Shown here: one piece after another, positions 39,585-50,467 of the stretch
Layout: every line of letters starts with the position of its first letter
How positions within the stretch are numbered: the first letter of the stretch is position 1
Assembly: GCA_963693365.1 (NCBI GenBank)
Contig: CAVNZM010000001.1
Location: 1,938,907 to 2,002,906 of the forward strand
Source of the DNA: Amoebidium appalachense
Taxonomy: Eukaryota > Protista > Ichthyosporea
Direction: 5' to 3'
Length of the DNA stretch: 64,000 nt
The notes under the pieces: generated by a model
The model's input: the letters and a program-made list of their open reading frames with translations, nothing else
What the model was told of the DNA's origin: nothing
Databases searched by the model: none
Program-made: the position numbers and the translations under genes

Positions 39585-40980
39585 CCGTTAGTGATAATCC
39601 GCATAACCGGACAAATCTGTCCTAATTAATGGCTAAAAAGGACAAAAGTGTCCTATCTTTTTCGGCGGCGTCGCTAGCGTTGTTTTCGCTAGGAAACACC
39701 CCACAAGCTGGGTATGGCCAATGAGGTCTAGTATTTTCCTGCCTTTTTTGTCTTTATAGGAAACCAATAGGACTGCAGGGTGAGTAGCTTTTGGCGCGCA
39801 AAAGATCATGGGTGGCACCGTTTTCCCCCAGTTTTGGGGTGTCCGACTGTCCGATCACGGACACCGTTTGGTTTCCGAACTATGTAAAAGACACTGCATG
39901 ATAGTTTGCGCGCTAGAAAACAAAAAGAACAAGGTAGAATTAGAGTAGAAATAGGTGAAAAGAAAAGAAAATGGTTAGGCGTTTAAGGAAAGACCAGAGA
40001 GTTTGGGTTTTTCCACGCATCTTTGATGGTAAAGTCAGGAACGATGATGAACGTTGGAGTAAAGAGCAGTTTGGTGAAGAATGGGAAACGAAACAGTTCA
40101 CAGGCACAACTGTGCAAGTATTAAAGAACAATAAATGGTTGGTACACATAGACTACGACGGGAAAGTAGAAGAAGTACCACGGAGCGAGATTCAGCTAGT
40201 TGTGGGATGTGCGAAGGCGTACATATCCTTTTTATTGAGGGGAGGGGGGAGGGGGGGGGAGGGGGGGCGGGGGCTCGCCCTCTCCCTCTCCCATCCCCCC
40301 CATACGTTGGCAGGATAAGGATTTCAGCATGCGTGTAGTAACGACGGCAGGAAGTACGGAAGCAGGAGCTCCCCGTATCACAAAAAACGGAACACAAGTG
40401 CCCATGCCAAAAGCAGTGCGCGAATTCTTCACATATTTCAACAGTGCAGACGTACACAACAAACTCCGGCAAGGGAGCAGTTCACTCGAGCAGGCATGGG
40501 TCCCCCACACACCCTGGCACCGCACCTTTGCTGGGTTAGTTGGTATGGTGTTTGTAAACACCTACCTGGCCTACAAGCATCTCATTGCAGACGGGGACAA
40601 GAATGCACTTTCAAACGAGCAGTGGTGCGAAAAACTTGCGGGTGAACTTCTCAACAACCCACTTCTGCCAGCCGGCAAACAAAGCGCGCGCATACTAAAA
40701 TCGCTGTCAACAAACACCACAACCGCCAAACGAAGCAACCTCTGTCACCCGGTGCTTATCGGTTCCGGCAAGCGGCTCGACTGTGTTATGTGCGCGCGCA
40801 CGGATCAAAAGGGATACAAGCGCAGCAGGGTGAGCTGGATGTGCAGCAGGTGCGGTGTGGCATTGTGCTACAAAAATTCAGATCGCAACTGCTACGAGCA
40901 GCATCTGGAAAAGGGGGTGCCTGTACGTCACCGCAGAACCAAAGAGCAGGAGCAGTAGGTGTGAGAGAGAGAGAGGAGGT

Positions 40981-41020
<40 letters not shown>

Positions 41021-41689
41021 GTAAAGTTGCAGACTTTGCAGACTGCTTTGGGTTTGTGATCTCGAGCATACCTTTCGTGGGGTATAAGCTTCCTTTATTT
41101 TGTCTTCTATAATAGAAGGGACTGGAACTAGTAGCAACAAGTGTAAAGAAGAACCACGTTTAAAACCTTTTGTACTTACTTTCCTCATTAACTAGCCAGA
41201 AAATTGAAGAAAAGTCGTAAACATTGTCTTAGAAGTAGAACGGGTGGTAACAGGGACAGTGTGGCTAAGGTTTTCTCGATAAAAGTGCCCTAAGTTGAAC
41301 CTTAGGTAGGTTGCCTCAGAATTAAGATTAGGTGGTCGGGTTTTTTGCATGCGTTAGCCTATATCTCTAGCTAGCAGCACATAATGGTCTTAGCCGCTCC
41401 AGAAACACACAACGAAAGTTATTTTAGTTTAAATTAAAATTTAGCGGAAAAACCACGTGTTTTCTTAGAAGGTCGCCAACTTCGATGACCAAATGCGCCC
41501 AAGAGATGGGGTCGGAGACCCTACATGTTATATATGTTACTATGTCGAAATGACGTGAATTTCACGTTTTTCACCTTTTTGAAGCCTGGTTACTATGCAA
41601 CTGCTCTAGAAATAGCGCGATCGTCTAAAAATAGGTTAATTAGGACAAAAGTGTCCGAATAGATCTGTGCGAATTATCATTAGAAAAGG
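39585..41689 (+). mobile_element. Internally deleted piggyBac-like DNA transposon
   Basis: Imperfect TIRs (TAGTGATAATCCGCA..CGGACAnnnnTGTCCTAATTAA at left, its inverse at 41636-41683); transposase C-terminus inside; no TTAA TSD at the outer ends. Confidence 0.7.
40329..40958 (+). pseudogene. piggyBac transposase C-terminal part with cysteine-rich domain
   Basis: PKAVREFFTYFNSADVHNKLR (third catalytic Asp region), W..F.......VNTYLAYK, and CxxC...CxxCxVxLC...CYxxH. Confidence 0.8.
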
Positions 41690-42095
41690 AGAGGTCAAAA
41701 AGGGCGAACAGCAGTGAGAGGGGGGAGACAGAGGGACAAGAGAGAGAGAGAGAGAGAGACGGAAGAAGGCAGAGAGAAAGGGGACGGGGGGTATCTCTAT
41801 AGAAAAATAGAAGCTGAACTGCCGGGAGGCGCTCCGCCTTTGAATTGATATCACCGTGACCATGGCGAGCAAGTAGCACGTTGGTAATAGGCTGGCCGTG
41901 AGGGTTAAGACACAATGGGCGAACGACACAAAGTCCCTAGCCACATCTGCAAGCAATGGCAAAACACCCACAGACTAGTACCACTATCAACTCCAGATCT
42001 ACTAAGAGTTCGTCCTTGTGGACTTTTTGAGATGCCTTTGACTTTTTTTTTTCCCCCTTCCGTGCTTTTTTGGCGGGGAGAGAAGCCTGGTGGGG

Positions 42096-42172
<77 letters not shown>

Positions 42173-42183
42173 GGGGGGGAAGG

Positions 42184-42214
<31 letters not shown>

Positions 42215-42706
42215 GGGGAGTCAACCCGGGAGACATAACAGACAGGAAGGAGGAAGGTGAGGGAAAGAGAACGACTTCAAGCTTAGGCTGCGTTCTTTCC
42301 CGCTGAAATTGATGACGTGGCACTACTTCCCTGCGCCGAGGCCGTGCACAGGGTGTATTGATGCTACCGAAATGCAAAGGTGTTACTGAAAATAGAAAGG
42401 AAAAAAATAGAATTTTCGAGACGGCCGTGCAGGAAGTCCCAGTGCAGGCTAACCGAAAGCAAGCAAGGCGGATTGTCATGATTATGCACATACCGGATTA
42501 GAACTGGGAATGGGGTTTACGCTGTTTACTCGAGGCAAAGAGAACCAGTCTCAGGTATGGGGGGGGGGGTTTTGCTCGGAATATCCCCTCAGCGGTATAT
42601 CATGATCACGTACATAGATGTCGGGTGGTGACTATATATCAGGGTTTACTTTCTCTACGAGACACCATAAAGACTACAAGGGGAAATCAATTAGTTGGGG
42701 TTCCCC

Positions 42707-42754
<48 letters not shown>

Positions 42755-42786
42755 GGGCTCCCCTCGGGACACTCGGTATCAGCTGG

Positions 42787-42855
<69 letters not shown>

Positions 42856-45528
42856 TGCGCTATAATTTTGTAGTGATGTGTTTCTCAAGCCAATCAATAC
42901 ATCTAATAAACAGGTCGTAGTTACGCGTGTTTAGTATAAAATCAAGGATGTTGTAATTTACAGGTAGGCTATCTTTCTGGGTGTCTGTTGTGAATGTGAC
43001 GTGTGTGTGTTGCGGTATTATGTGGTCTATCAAACTACATTTGGCGATACATGACCGGTTAAACTGGTGTGTGTGTGTGTTGTTTGGGCATGCAAATGAT
43101 GCCACCTTATACTTATTAGATCTCCACTGTATAGCACGTGTACAGTAAAAGCGTGGTAATTGATCAATAATACCATCAGCTAGAGAAAGACCAGTTCTAC
43201 AGGAAGGTAATATGTATTTAGGTGTTATACACTTGCGAGTGCCATATTTGGCAATATGGTTGAGGCGGTCAGTATATATAAAACGAGACATAAGGCTTAG
43301 TTTTTCAAGGTGTATGCTTTCATCGGGTCTAGTGTCGTGTGGTATCTTTTTCCATTTGTTATATTGCGTGATTATCTTGTGATTGTGTACATGTTTAATA
43401 AGTAAGTGGCAGTCCAAAGTCACACACACACTATTGCGGGGTTTATTTGTATTTGTGCCCAGGGGAGAAGGGGAGAGAGAGGGGAGGAAAGAGGGGAGAG
43501 GTGAGGAGGGGACAGGTCGGATAGAGAAGAGAGGGTGGGAGGGCAAATACTTCTTTAAGCGGCTTATGTGCTTATTGAATTTCAGCGCGAGATAGGATAC
43601 TCTAGCAGCTATTGGGACCAGACCATATATCGAGAGCGTTACAGGCCCAGGTTTACAACAGTTGTTAGATAGAAAGGAGGCAACTTCTGCTTCAAGGAAA
43701 TTTGCCAAGGGTTTAAGCGCTCTAGTTCTCTCTTTCTTGATCCAAGCGGCGAGAAGGGGTAAACCATATTCACATGCCGGGAAGACAAAAGTGCGAATAA
43801 ATGTAAGTCTAATAGAAGGATGGAGGGGTGTGTCTTTAAAAATATTAGCCGAGAAGAAAGCTAACCGCTTACGAGCCAACTCTACCCTCTTTTCGACCAT
43901 ATGGGGAAACATAACACCAACAGAATCAACCGGAACACCAAGATATTTGTATTCTGGAACTATAGGTACAGGTTTAGATGATAATATAAATGTGTGTAAA
44001 TTGTTAGCTATATCAGGTACAAGAACACCACATTTGTCTATGTTAAGGATCATAAGGTTTGCCTTGCACCACTCTGACACTACATCGAACAATCTTTGCA
44101 GGCGTCTAGGGGTACGGGCAAGGAGGGACAGATCATCAGCATAGAGAAGTGCAGGCGGAAAGTTATTAATAGGGTCATCGTTTTCGGCGTAAATCTTGAC
44201 AGCCAAATCATCTATAAATAGGTTAAACAAAAAGGGGCTAAGCAATGAACCCTGCAAGAGACCTCTAGTACGAGCAAAACCATATGAAAGATGCCCATTA
44301 ACCACAGCTCTACCATAGGTTTGAGACAAGAGTGCTTCTAACAGAACACCAATGCAGTGTGGTACACCCCGTGCAGCAAGCTTTTCCCATAGGAGACCAG
44401 GGGAGACAGAATCGTAAGCAGTTTTCCAATCAATAAAGCCAACATATTGTGCACCAACTTGCATAGAATCGTGCAGTGCCATTATTTGAACATAACATGA
44501 ATTGTTTTTACGAAAAGCGGATTGGCATGGGTGTATGTGAAGAATAGATTGAAACCTAGGGTGATGTGCAAATAACCTAAGTAAGCAAGCTTCAAAGAAT
44601 CTACGAACAACCTGGGTTAGTGTAATGGGGCGAAAGGATGATATGGGGCCCTCAGAGTCCTTCTTAACTATGGGGATCACTAAGGTATCTAACCAAGATG
44701 ACGGGACATGTCCACATTTAACACACCAAGAAAAGAGAGAGCTTAACATGATAGTAAGATCAGGTTTAATAGCACGATCACTTTCCTTTTGTGGGTAGGA
44801 GGGAACAAGGATTTTAAGAAACCCAGCAGGGAGTCCATCAGGTCCACAAGACTTACTAGAGCTATAACTAGATATCACAGACCATATGGCATCGGGACTG
44901 AAAAAGGGGAGGATCGATTCTATGGGGATAGATGGGTCTACAGGCCACACAATAGGTTTCTGAGCGGGGGTCCTATCTTTAAACAGTTCCGAGAAATACT
45001 TATCAGAGTCTATGAGGGGGTCTCCAGTGGTATCACCAATAATACGAGCAGGGGGGCCAAATCGATTCATACTAGCAAGCCGGCGCAAGCTTTCCTTTTG
45101 AGACAGGGGTTCACCTAGTCTAGCGGGAGTGGTGTTTGGTAACAAGAGAGCATCGGGGTATTCCTTCCTACCACCGCCAGCATAATCACCGAGATCTATC
45201 AAATCATCAACAATAAAGTTAGTGCATGTATCTAGTACGAGATGTGAATCTGGCCTGGCTTGTGCAGATTCTAATAGGCGCATATATATAGGGTGTTTCG
45301 TAGCATAGCATACACATACATCAACTCTACCCCACTGTGACTTAAGCTGGGATAGACGGAGGCGAAAGGTGGGAGGGGGAGGGGGGAGCAGTTTTAGATT
45401 TTGTCCTGGTGCAGAGACTAGCGATCTTGCTAGCCTTGAGATCACAACCTAACCACTGCCGATGGTTGTGATGACGCCAATAAAGGCGTGCTGGCTTTTA
45501 CCCCAGCGAGAAGAGGATGAGAAAAAGA

Positions 45529-45601
45529 TGATCCCGACGGGATTTGAACCCGCGACCCCTCTATCTCCGGTCGAGTGCTCTACCAACTGAGCTACGAGAT
45601 C
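45529..45601 (-). tRNA. tRNA-like gene in a TRIM LTR (anticodon position GGA, probably not a decoding tRNA)
   Basis: GATCTCG-TA-GCTC-AGTTGGTA-GAGC-A-CTCGA-CCGGAGA-TAGAG-GGGTC-GCGGG-TTCAAAT-CCCGT-CGGGATC-A, then TCTTTTT. Confidence 0.8.
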
Positions 45602-45898
45602 GGTTAAGATCTCGCAGGCCACCAGCCGATCATGATCTGATTCATGCGATCGGACTGGATAACGATACCATCTTCCAACATCCCCACTCAGGACGAATCG
45701 CAGAATCAGGTTAGGGTGGACTGCCCCCTCAGTCCCCACTGAACCTCTGTTCATGCTACCATTTTAGATTTTGTCCTGGTGCAGAGACTAGCGATCTTGC
45801 TAGCCTTGAGATCACAACCTAACCACTGCCGATGGTTGTGATGACGCCAATAAAGGCGTGCTGGCTTTTACCCCAGCGAGAAGAGGATGAGAAAAAGA

Positions 45899-45971
45899 TG
45901 ATCCCGACGGGATTTGAACCCGCGACCCCTCTATCTCCGGTCGAGTGCTCTACCAACTGAGCTACGAGATC
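45899..45971 (-). tRNA. tRNA-like gene in a TRIM LTR, copy 2
   Basis: Same sequence as 45529-45601. Confidence 0.8.
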
Positions 45972-46268
45972 GGTTAAGATCTCGCAGGCCACCAGCCGAT
46001 CATGATCTGATTCATGCGATCGGACTGGATAACGATACCATCTTCCAACATCCCCACTCAGGACGAATCGCAGAATCAGGTTAGGGTGGACTGCCCCCTC
46101 AGTCCCCACTGAACCTCTGTTCATGCTACCATTTTAGATTTTGTCCTGGTGCAGAGACTAGCGATCTTGCTAGCCTTGAGATCACAACCTAACCACTGCC
46201 GATGGTTGTGATGACGCCAATAAAGGCGTGCTGGCTTTTACCCCAGCGAGAAGAGGATGAGAAAAAGA

Positions 46269-46341
46269 TGATCCCGACGGGATTTGAACCCGCGACCCCT
46301 CTATCTCCGGTCGAGTGCTCTACCAACTGAGCTACGAGATC
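46269..46341 (-). tRNA. tRNA-like gene in a TRIM LTR, copy 3
   Basis: Same sequence as 45529-45601. Confidence 0.8.
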
Positions 46342-47113
46342 GGTTAAGATCTCGCAGGCCACCAGCCGATCATGATCTGATTCATGCGATCGGACTGGAT
46401 AACGATACCATCTTCCAACAAGCAGATCAAGGGAGATCTTAGGTAGGAAAAGGATAGGAGAGTGGTCAGATGACCTAGAGAGGTTAGGAGGGAGAGAGAG
46501 TTTTGACATGGTTGATGGCCAAAAGGCCACTCCCCAGTCGGTGTTGTGGGCATGGGATATTTGAGGGAACCGCAAAGTGTGACTTTGGACATACCTTGCT
46601 AAAGGGATAGCACGCTCCGGGGGCTTAGATGGGTACCCGACACTCACTTGCAGTGTGTCTGTGTGGTGGAGTCGCGTGTTAAAATCACCTAAAATAACAG
46701 TGGACATTGGTAACTGTGACAACTCGTGAGTCAATTCGACAACCGACATAGATGGTGGGTAATATACAAACTGGGAATGTGCTGTTTATTAACGACATGT
46801 AGGTGAGCTGTAGTGAGTTGTCGGCACCAAGGCCAACAGTACTTCCACCCAACAAGATATACATGTAATAAAATCGGTGTTACACTTACATCATACAAAT
46901 TTAAGTGGAGATTTAACGGGGGTTTACGCTGTTTACTCGAGGCAAAGAGAACCAGTCTCAGGTATGGGGGGGGGGGTTTTGCTCGGAATATCCCCTCAGC
47001 GGTATATCATGATCACGTACATAGATGTCGGGTGGTGACTATATATCAGGGTTTACTTTCTCTGCGAGACACCATAAAGACTACAAGGAGAAATCAATTA
47101 GTTGGGGTTCCCC

Positions 47114-47165
<52 letters not shown>

Positions 47166-47197
47166 GGGCTCCCCTCGGGACACTCGGTATCAGCTGG

Positions 47198-47252
<55 letters not shown>

Positions 47253-47272
47253 TGTGTGTGTGTGCGCGTGCG

Positions 47273-50200
47273 CTATAATTTTGTAGTGATGTGTTTCTCA
47301 AGCCAATCAATACATCTAATAAACAGGTCGTAGTTACGCGTGTTTAGTATAAAATCAAGGATGTTGTAATTTACAGGTAGGCTATCTTTCTGGGTGTCTG
47401 TTGTGAATGTGACGTGTGTGTGTTGCGGTATTATGTGGTCTATCAAACTACATTTGGCGATACATGACCGGTTAAACTGGTGTGTGTGTGTGTTGTTTGG
47501 GCATGCAAATGATGCCACCTTATACTTATTAGATCTCCACTGTATAGCACGTGTACAGTAAAAGCGTGGTAATTGATCAATAATACCATCAGCTAGAGAA
47601 AGACCAGTTCTACAGGAAGGTAATATGTATTTAGGTGTTATACACTTGCGAGTGCCATATTTGGCAATATGGTTGAGGCGGTCAGTATATATAAAACGAG
47701 ACATAAGGCTTAGTTTTTCAAGGTGTATGCTTTCATCGGGTCTAGTGTCGTGTGGTATCTTTTTCCATTTGTTATATTGCGTGATTATCTTGTGATTGTG
47801 TACATGTTTAATAAGTAAGTGGCAGTCCAAAGTCACACACACACTATTGCGGGGTTTATTTGTATTTGTGCCCAGGGGAGAAGGGGAGAGAGAGGGGAGG
47901 AAAGAGGGGAGAGGTGAGGAGGGGACAGGTCGGATAGAGAAGAGAGGGTGGGAGGGCAAATACTTCTTTAAGCGGCTTATGTGCTTATTGAATTTCAGCG
48001 CGAGATAGGATACTCTAGCAGCTATTGGGACCAGACCATATATCGAGAGCGTTACAGGCCCAGGTTTACAACAGTTGTTAGATAGAAAGGAGGCAACTTC
48101 TGCTTCAAGGAAATTTGCCAAGGGTTTAAGCGCTCTAGTTCTCTCTTTCTTGATCCAAGCGGCGAGAAGGGGTAAACCATATTCACATGCCGGGAAGACA
48201 AAAGTGCGAATAAATGTAAGTCTAATAGAAGGATGGAGGGGTGTGTCTTTAAAAATATTAGCCGAGAAGAAAGCTAACCGCTTACGAGCCAACTCTACCC
48301 TCTTTTCGACCATATGGGGAAACATAACACCAACAGAATCAACCGGAACACCAAGATATTTGTATTCTGGAACTATAGGTACAGGTTTAGATGATAATGT
48401 AAATGTGTGTAAATTGTTAGCTATATCAGGTACAAGAACACCACATTTGTCTATGTTAAGGATCATAAGGTTTGCCTTGCACCACTCTGACACTACATCG
48501 AACAATCTTTGCAGGCGTCTAGGGGTACGGGCAAGGAGGGACAGATCATCAGCATAGAGAAGTGCAGGCGGAAAGTTATTAATAGGGTCATCGTTTTCGG
48601 CGTAAATCTTGACAGCCAAATCATCTATAAATAGGTTAAACAAAAAGGGGCTAAGCAATGAACCCTGCAAGAGACCTCTAGTACGAGCAAAACCATATGA
48701 AAGATGCCCATTAACCACAGCTCTACCATAGGTTTGAGACAAGAGTGCTTCTAACAGAACACCAATGCAGTGTGGTACACCCCGTGCAGCAAGCTTTTCC
48801 CATAGGAGACCAGGGGAGACAGAATCGTAAGCAGTTTTCCAATCAATAAAGCCAACATATTGTGCACCAACTTGCATAGAATCGTGCAGTGCCATTATTT
48901 GAACATAACATGAATTGTTTTTACGAAAAGCGGATTGGCATGGGTGTATGTGAAGAATAGATTGAAACCTAGGGTGATGTGCAAATAACCTAAGTAAGCA
49001 AGCTTCAAAGAATCTACGAACAACCTGGGTTAGTGTAATGGGGCGAAAGGATGATATGGGGCCCTCAGAGTCCTTCTTAACTATGGGGATCACTAAGGTA
49101 TCTAACCAAGATGACGGGACATGTCCACATTTAACACACCAAGAAAAGAGAGAGCTTAACATGATAGTAAGATCAGGTTTAATAGCACGATCACTTTCCT
49201 TTTGTGGGTAGGAGGGAACAAGGATTTTAAGAAACCCAGCAGGGAGTCCATCAGGTCCACAAGACTTACTAGAGCTATAACTAGATATCACAGACCATAT
49301 GGCATCGGGACTGAAAAAGGGGAGGATCGATTCTATGGGGATAGATGGGTCTACAGGCCACACAATAGGTTTCTGAGCGGGGGTCCTATCTTTAAACAGT
49401 TCCGAGAAATACTTATCAGAGTCTATGAGGGGGTCTCCAGTGGTATCACCAATAATACGAGCAGGGGGGCCAAATCGATTCATACTAGCAAGCCGGCGCA
49501 AGCTTTCCTTTTGAGACAGGGGTTCACCTAGTCTAGCGGGAGTGGTGTTTGGTAACAAGAGAGCATCGGGATATTCCTTCCTACCACCGCCAGCATAATC
49601 ACCGAGATCTATCAAATCATCAACAATAAAGTTAGTGCATGTATCTAGTACGAGATGTGAATCTGGCCTGGCTTGTGCAGATTCTAATAGGCGCATATAT
49701 ATAGGGTGTTTCGTAGCATAGCATACACATACATCAACTCTACCCCACTGTGACTTAAGCTGGGATAGACGGAGGCGAAAGGTGGGAGGGGGAGGGGGGA
49801 GCAGATCAAGGGAGATCTTAGGTAGGAAAAGGATAGGAGAGTGGTCAGATGACCTAGAGAGGTTAGGAGGGAGAGAGAGTTTTGACATGGTTGATGGCCA
49901 AAAGGCCACTCCCCAGTCGGTGTTGTGGGCATGGGATATTTGAGGGAACCGCAAAGTGTGACTTTGGACATACCTTGCTAAAGGGATAGCACGCTCCGGG
50001 GGCTTAGATGGGTACCCGACACTCACTTGCAGTGTGTCTGTGTGGTGGAGTCGCGTGTTAAAATCACCTAAAATAACAGTGGACATTGGTAACTGTGACA
50101 ACTCGTGAGTCAATTCGACAACCGACATAGATGGTGGGTAATATACAAAAGTAAAAACATTAGAAAGAAACTCTATAGAAACCGAGAATTCCGTTTTTGC

Positions 50201-50467
50201 TACCGGTTTGCACTTCACTCTCACGTGTGGTGCGGCAAGTACAATAATGCCTCGGTTTTTCGCGTAACCGGGGTGTGTGGATGTGTCGACCAATGTAGAG
50301 TTGAATTTGTGGTGGTTTTTAAACTGTGTTTCGCAAATCACTGTAAACGTGTGGTTGTTTGTCTGTTGTTGTATGTAGCTGATTTTATCGTCGAGTGTCC
50401 CGGGGGGGAGGCCCTTTTGGGGGCCCAGTGTCCGAGCATTCCAGAAGAAGAAGGATAAATTAGGCAT
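47273..50467 (-). CDS. LINE ORF2: APE endonuclease + reverse transcriptase (1064 aa)
   Basis: FWNARTL, ICETQ, ILGDFN and SDHSPI (APE); KSCGPDG, FRPITL, DWKTAYDSV, QGSLLSP, YADD and YKYLG (RT). Confidence 0.96.
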   Translation of the reverse strand: MPNLSFFFWNARTLGPQKGLPPGTLDDKISYIQQQTNNHTFTVICETQFKNHHKFNSTLVDTSTHPGYAKNRGIIVLAAPHVRVKCKPVAKTEFSVSIEFLSNVFTFVYYPPSMSVVELTHELSQLPMSTVILGDFNTRLHHTDTLQVSVGYPSKPPERAIPLARYVQSHTLRFPQISHAHNTDWGVAFWPSTMSKLSLPPNLSRSSDHSPILFLPKISLDLLPPPPPTFRLRLSQLKSQWGRVDVCVCYATKHPIYMRLLESAQARPDSHLVLDTCTNFIVDDLIDLGDYAGGGRKEYPDALLLPNTTPARLGEPLSQKESLRRLASMNRFGPPARIIGDTTGDPLIDSDKYFSELFKDRTPAQKPIVWPVDPSIPIESILPFFSPDAIWSVISSYSSSKSCGPDGLPAGFLKILVPSYPQKESDRAIKPDLTIMLSSLFSWCVKCGHVPSSWLDTLVIPIVKKDSEGPISSFRPITLTQVVRRFFEACLLRLFAHHPRFQSILHIHPCQSAFRKNNSCYVQIMALHDSMQVGAQYVGFIDWKTAYDSVSPGLLWEKLAARGVPHCIGVLLEALLSQTYGRAVVNGHLSYGFARTRGLLQGSLLSPFLFNLFIDDLAVKIYAENDDPINNFPPALLYADDLSLLARTPRRLQRLFDVVSEWCKANLMILNIDKCGVLVPDIANNLHTFTLSSKPVPIVPEYKYLGVPVDSVGVMFPHMVEKRVELARKRLAFFSANIFKDTPLHPSIRLTFIRTFVFPACEYGLPLLAAWIKKERTRALKPLANFLEAEVASFLSNNCCKPGPVTLSIYGLVPIAARVSYLALKFNKHISRLKKYLPSHPLFSIRPVPSSPLPSFLPSLSPSPLGTNTNKPRNSVCVTLDCHLLIKHVHNHKIITQYNKWKKIPHDTRPDESIHLEKLSLMSRFIYTDRLNHIAKYGTRKCITPKYILPSCRTGLSLADGIIDQLPRFYCTRAIQWRSNKYKVASFACPNNTHTHQFNRSCIAKCSLIDHIIPQHTHVTFTTDTQKDSLPVNYNILDFILNTRNYDLFIRCIDWLEKHITTKL

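Larger units (their letters stand above)
45392..46420 (-). mobile_element. Tandem TRIM (non-autonomous LTR element): 3 x 289-bp tRNA-containing LTRs and 2 x 81-bp internal domains
   Basis: 370-bp period; TSD AGCAG (45387-45391 and 46421-46425); internal domain starts TGGTAGCA (PBS) and ends GAGTGGGGA (PPT); LTR starts TGTTGG. Confidence 0.92.
42513..46768 (-). mobile_element. 5'-truncated LINE-A (starts within APE), interrupted by the TRIM
   Basis: TSD AACTGGGAATG (42502-42512 and 46769-46779); near-identical to the full-length copy. Confidence 0.95.

Noticed and set aside
45392-46420. CRISPR array or ordinary tandem tRNA gene cluster
   Set aside because: The units are identical with no variable spacers; the PBS, PPT and 5-bp TSD show LTR-element architecture.
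45449-46494. Three repeated ORFs ending ...LVAQLVEHSTGDRGVAGSNP...
   Set aside because: This is translation through the tRNA-like sequence of the TRIM, not a protein.
46919-46930. Telomere repeat at the LINE 3' end (GGGGTTTA)
   Set aside because: There is only one unit and no tandem array.
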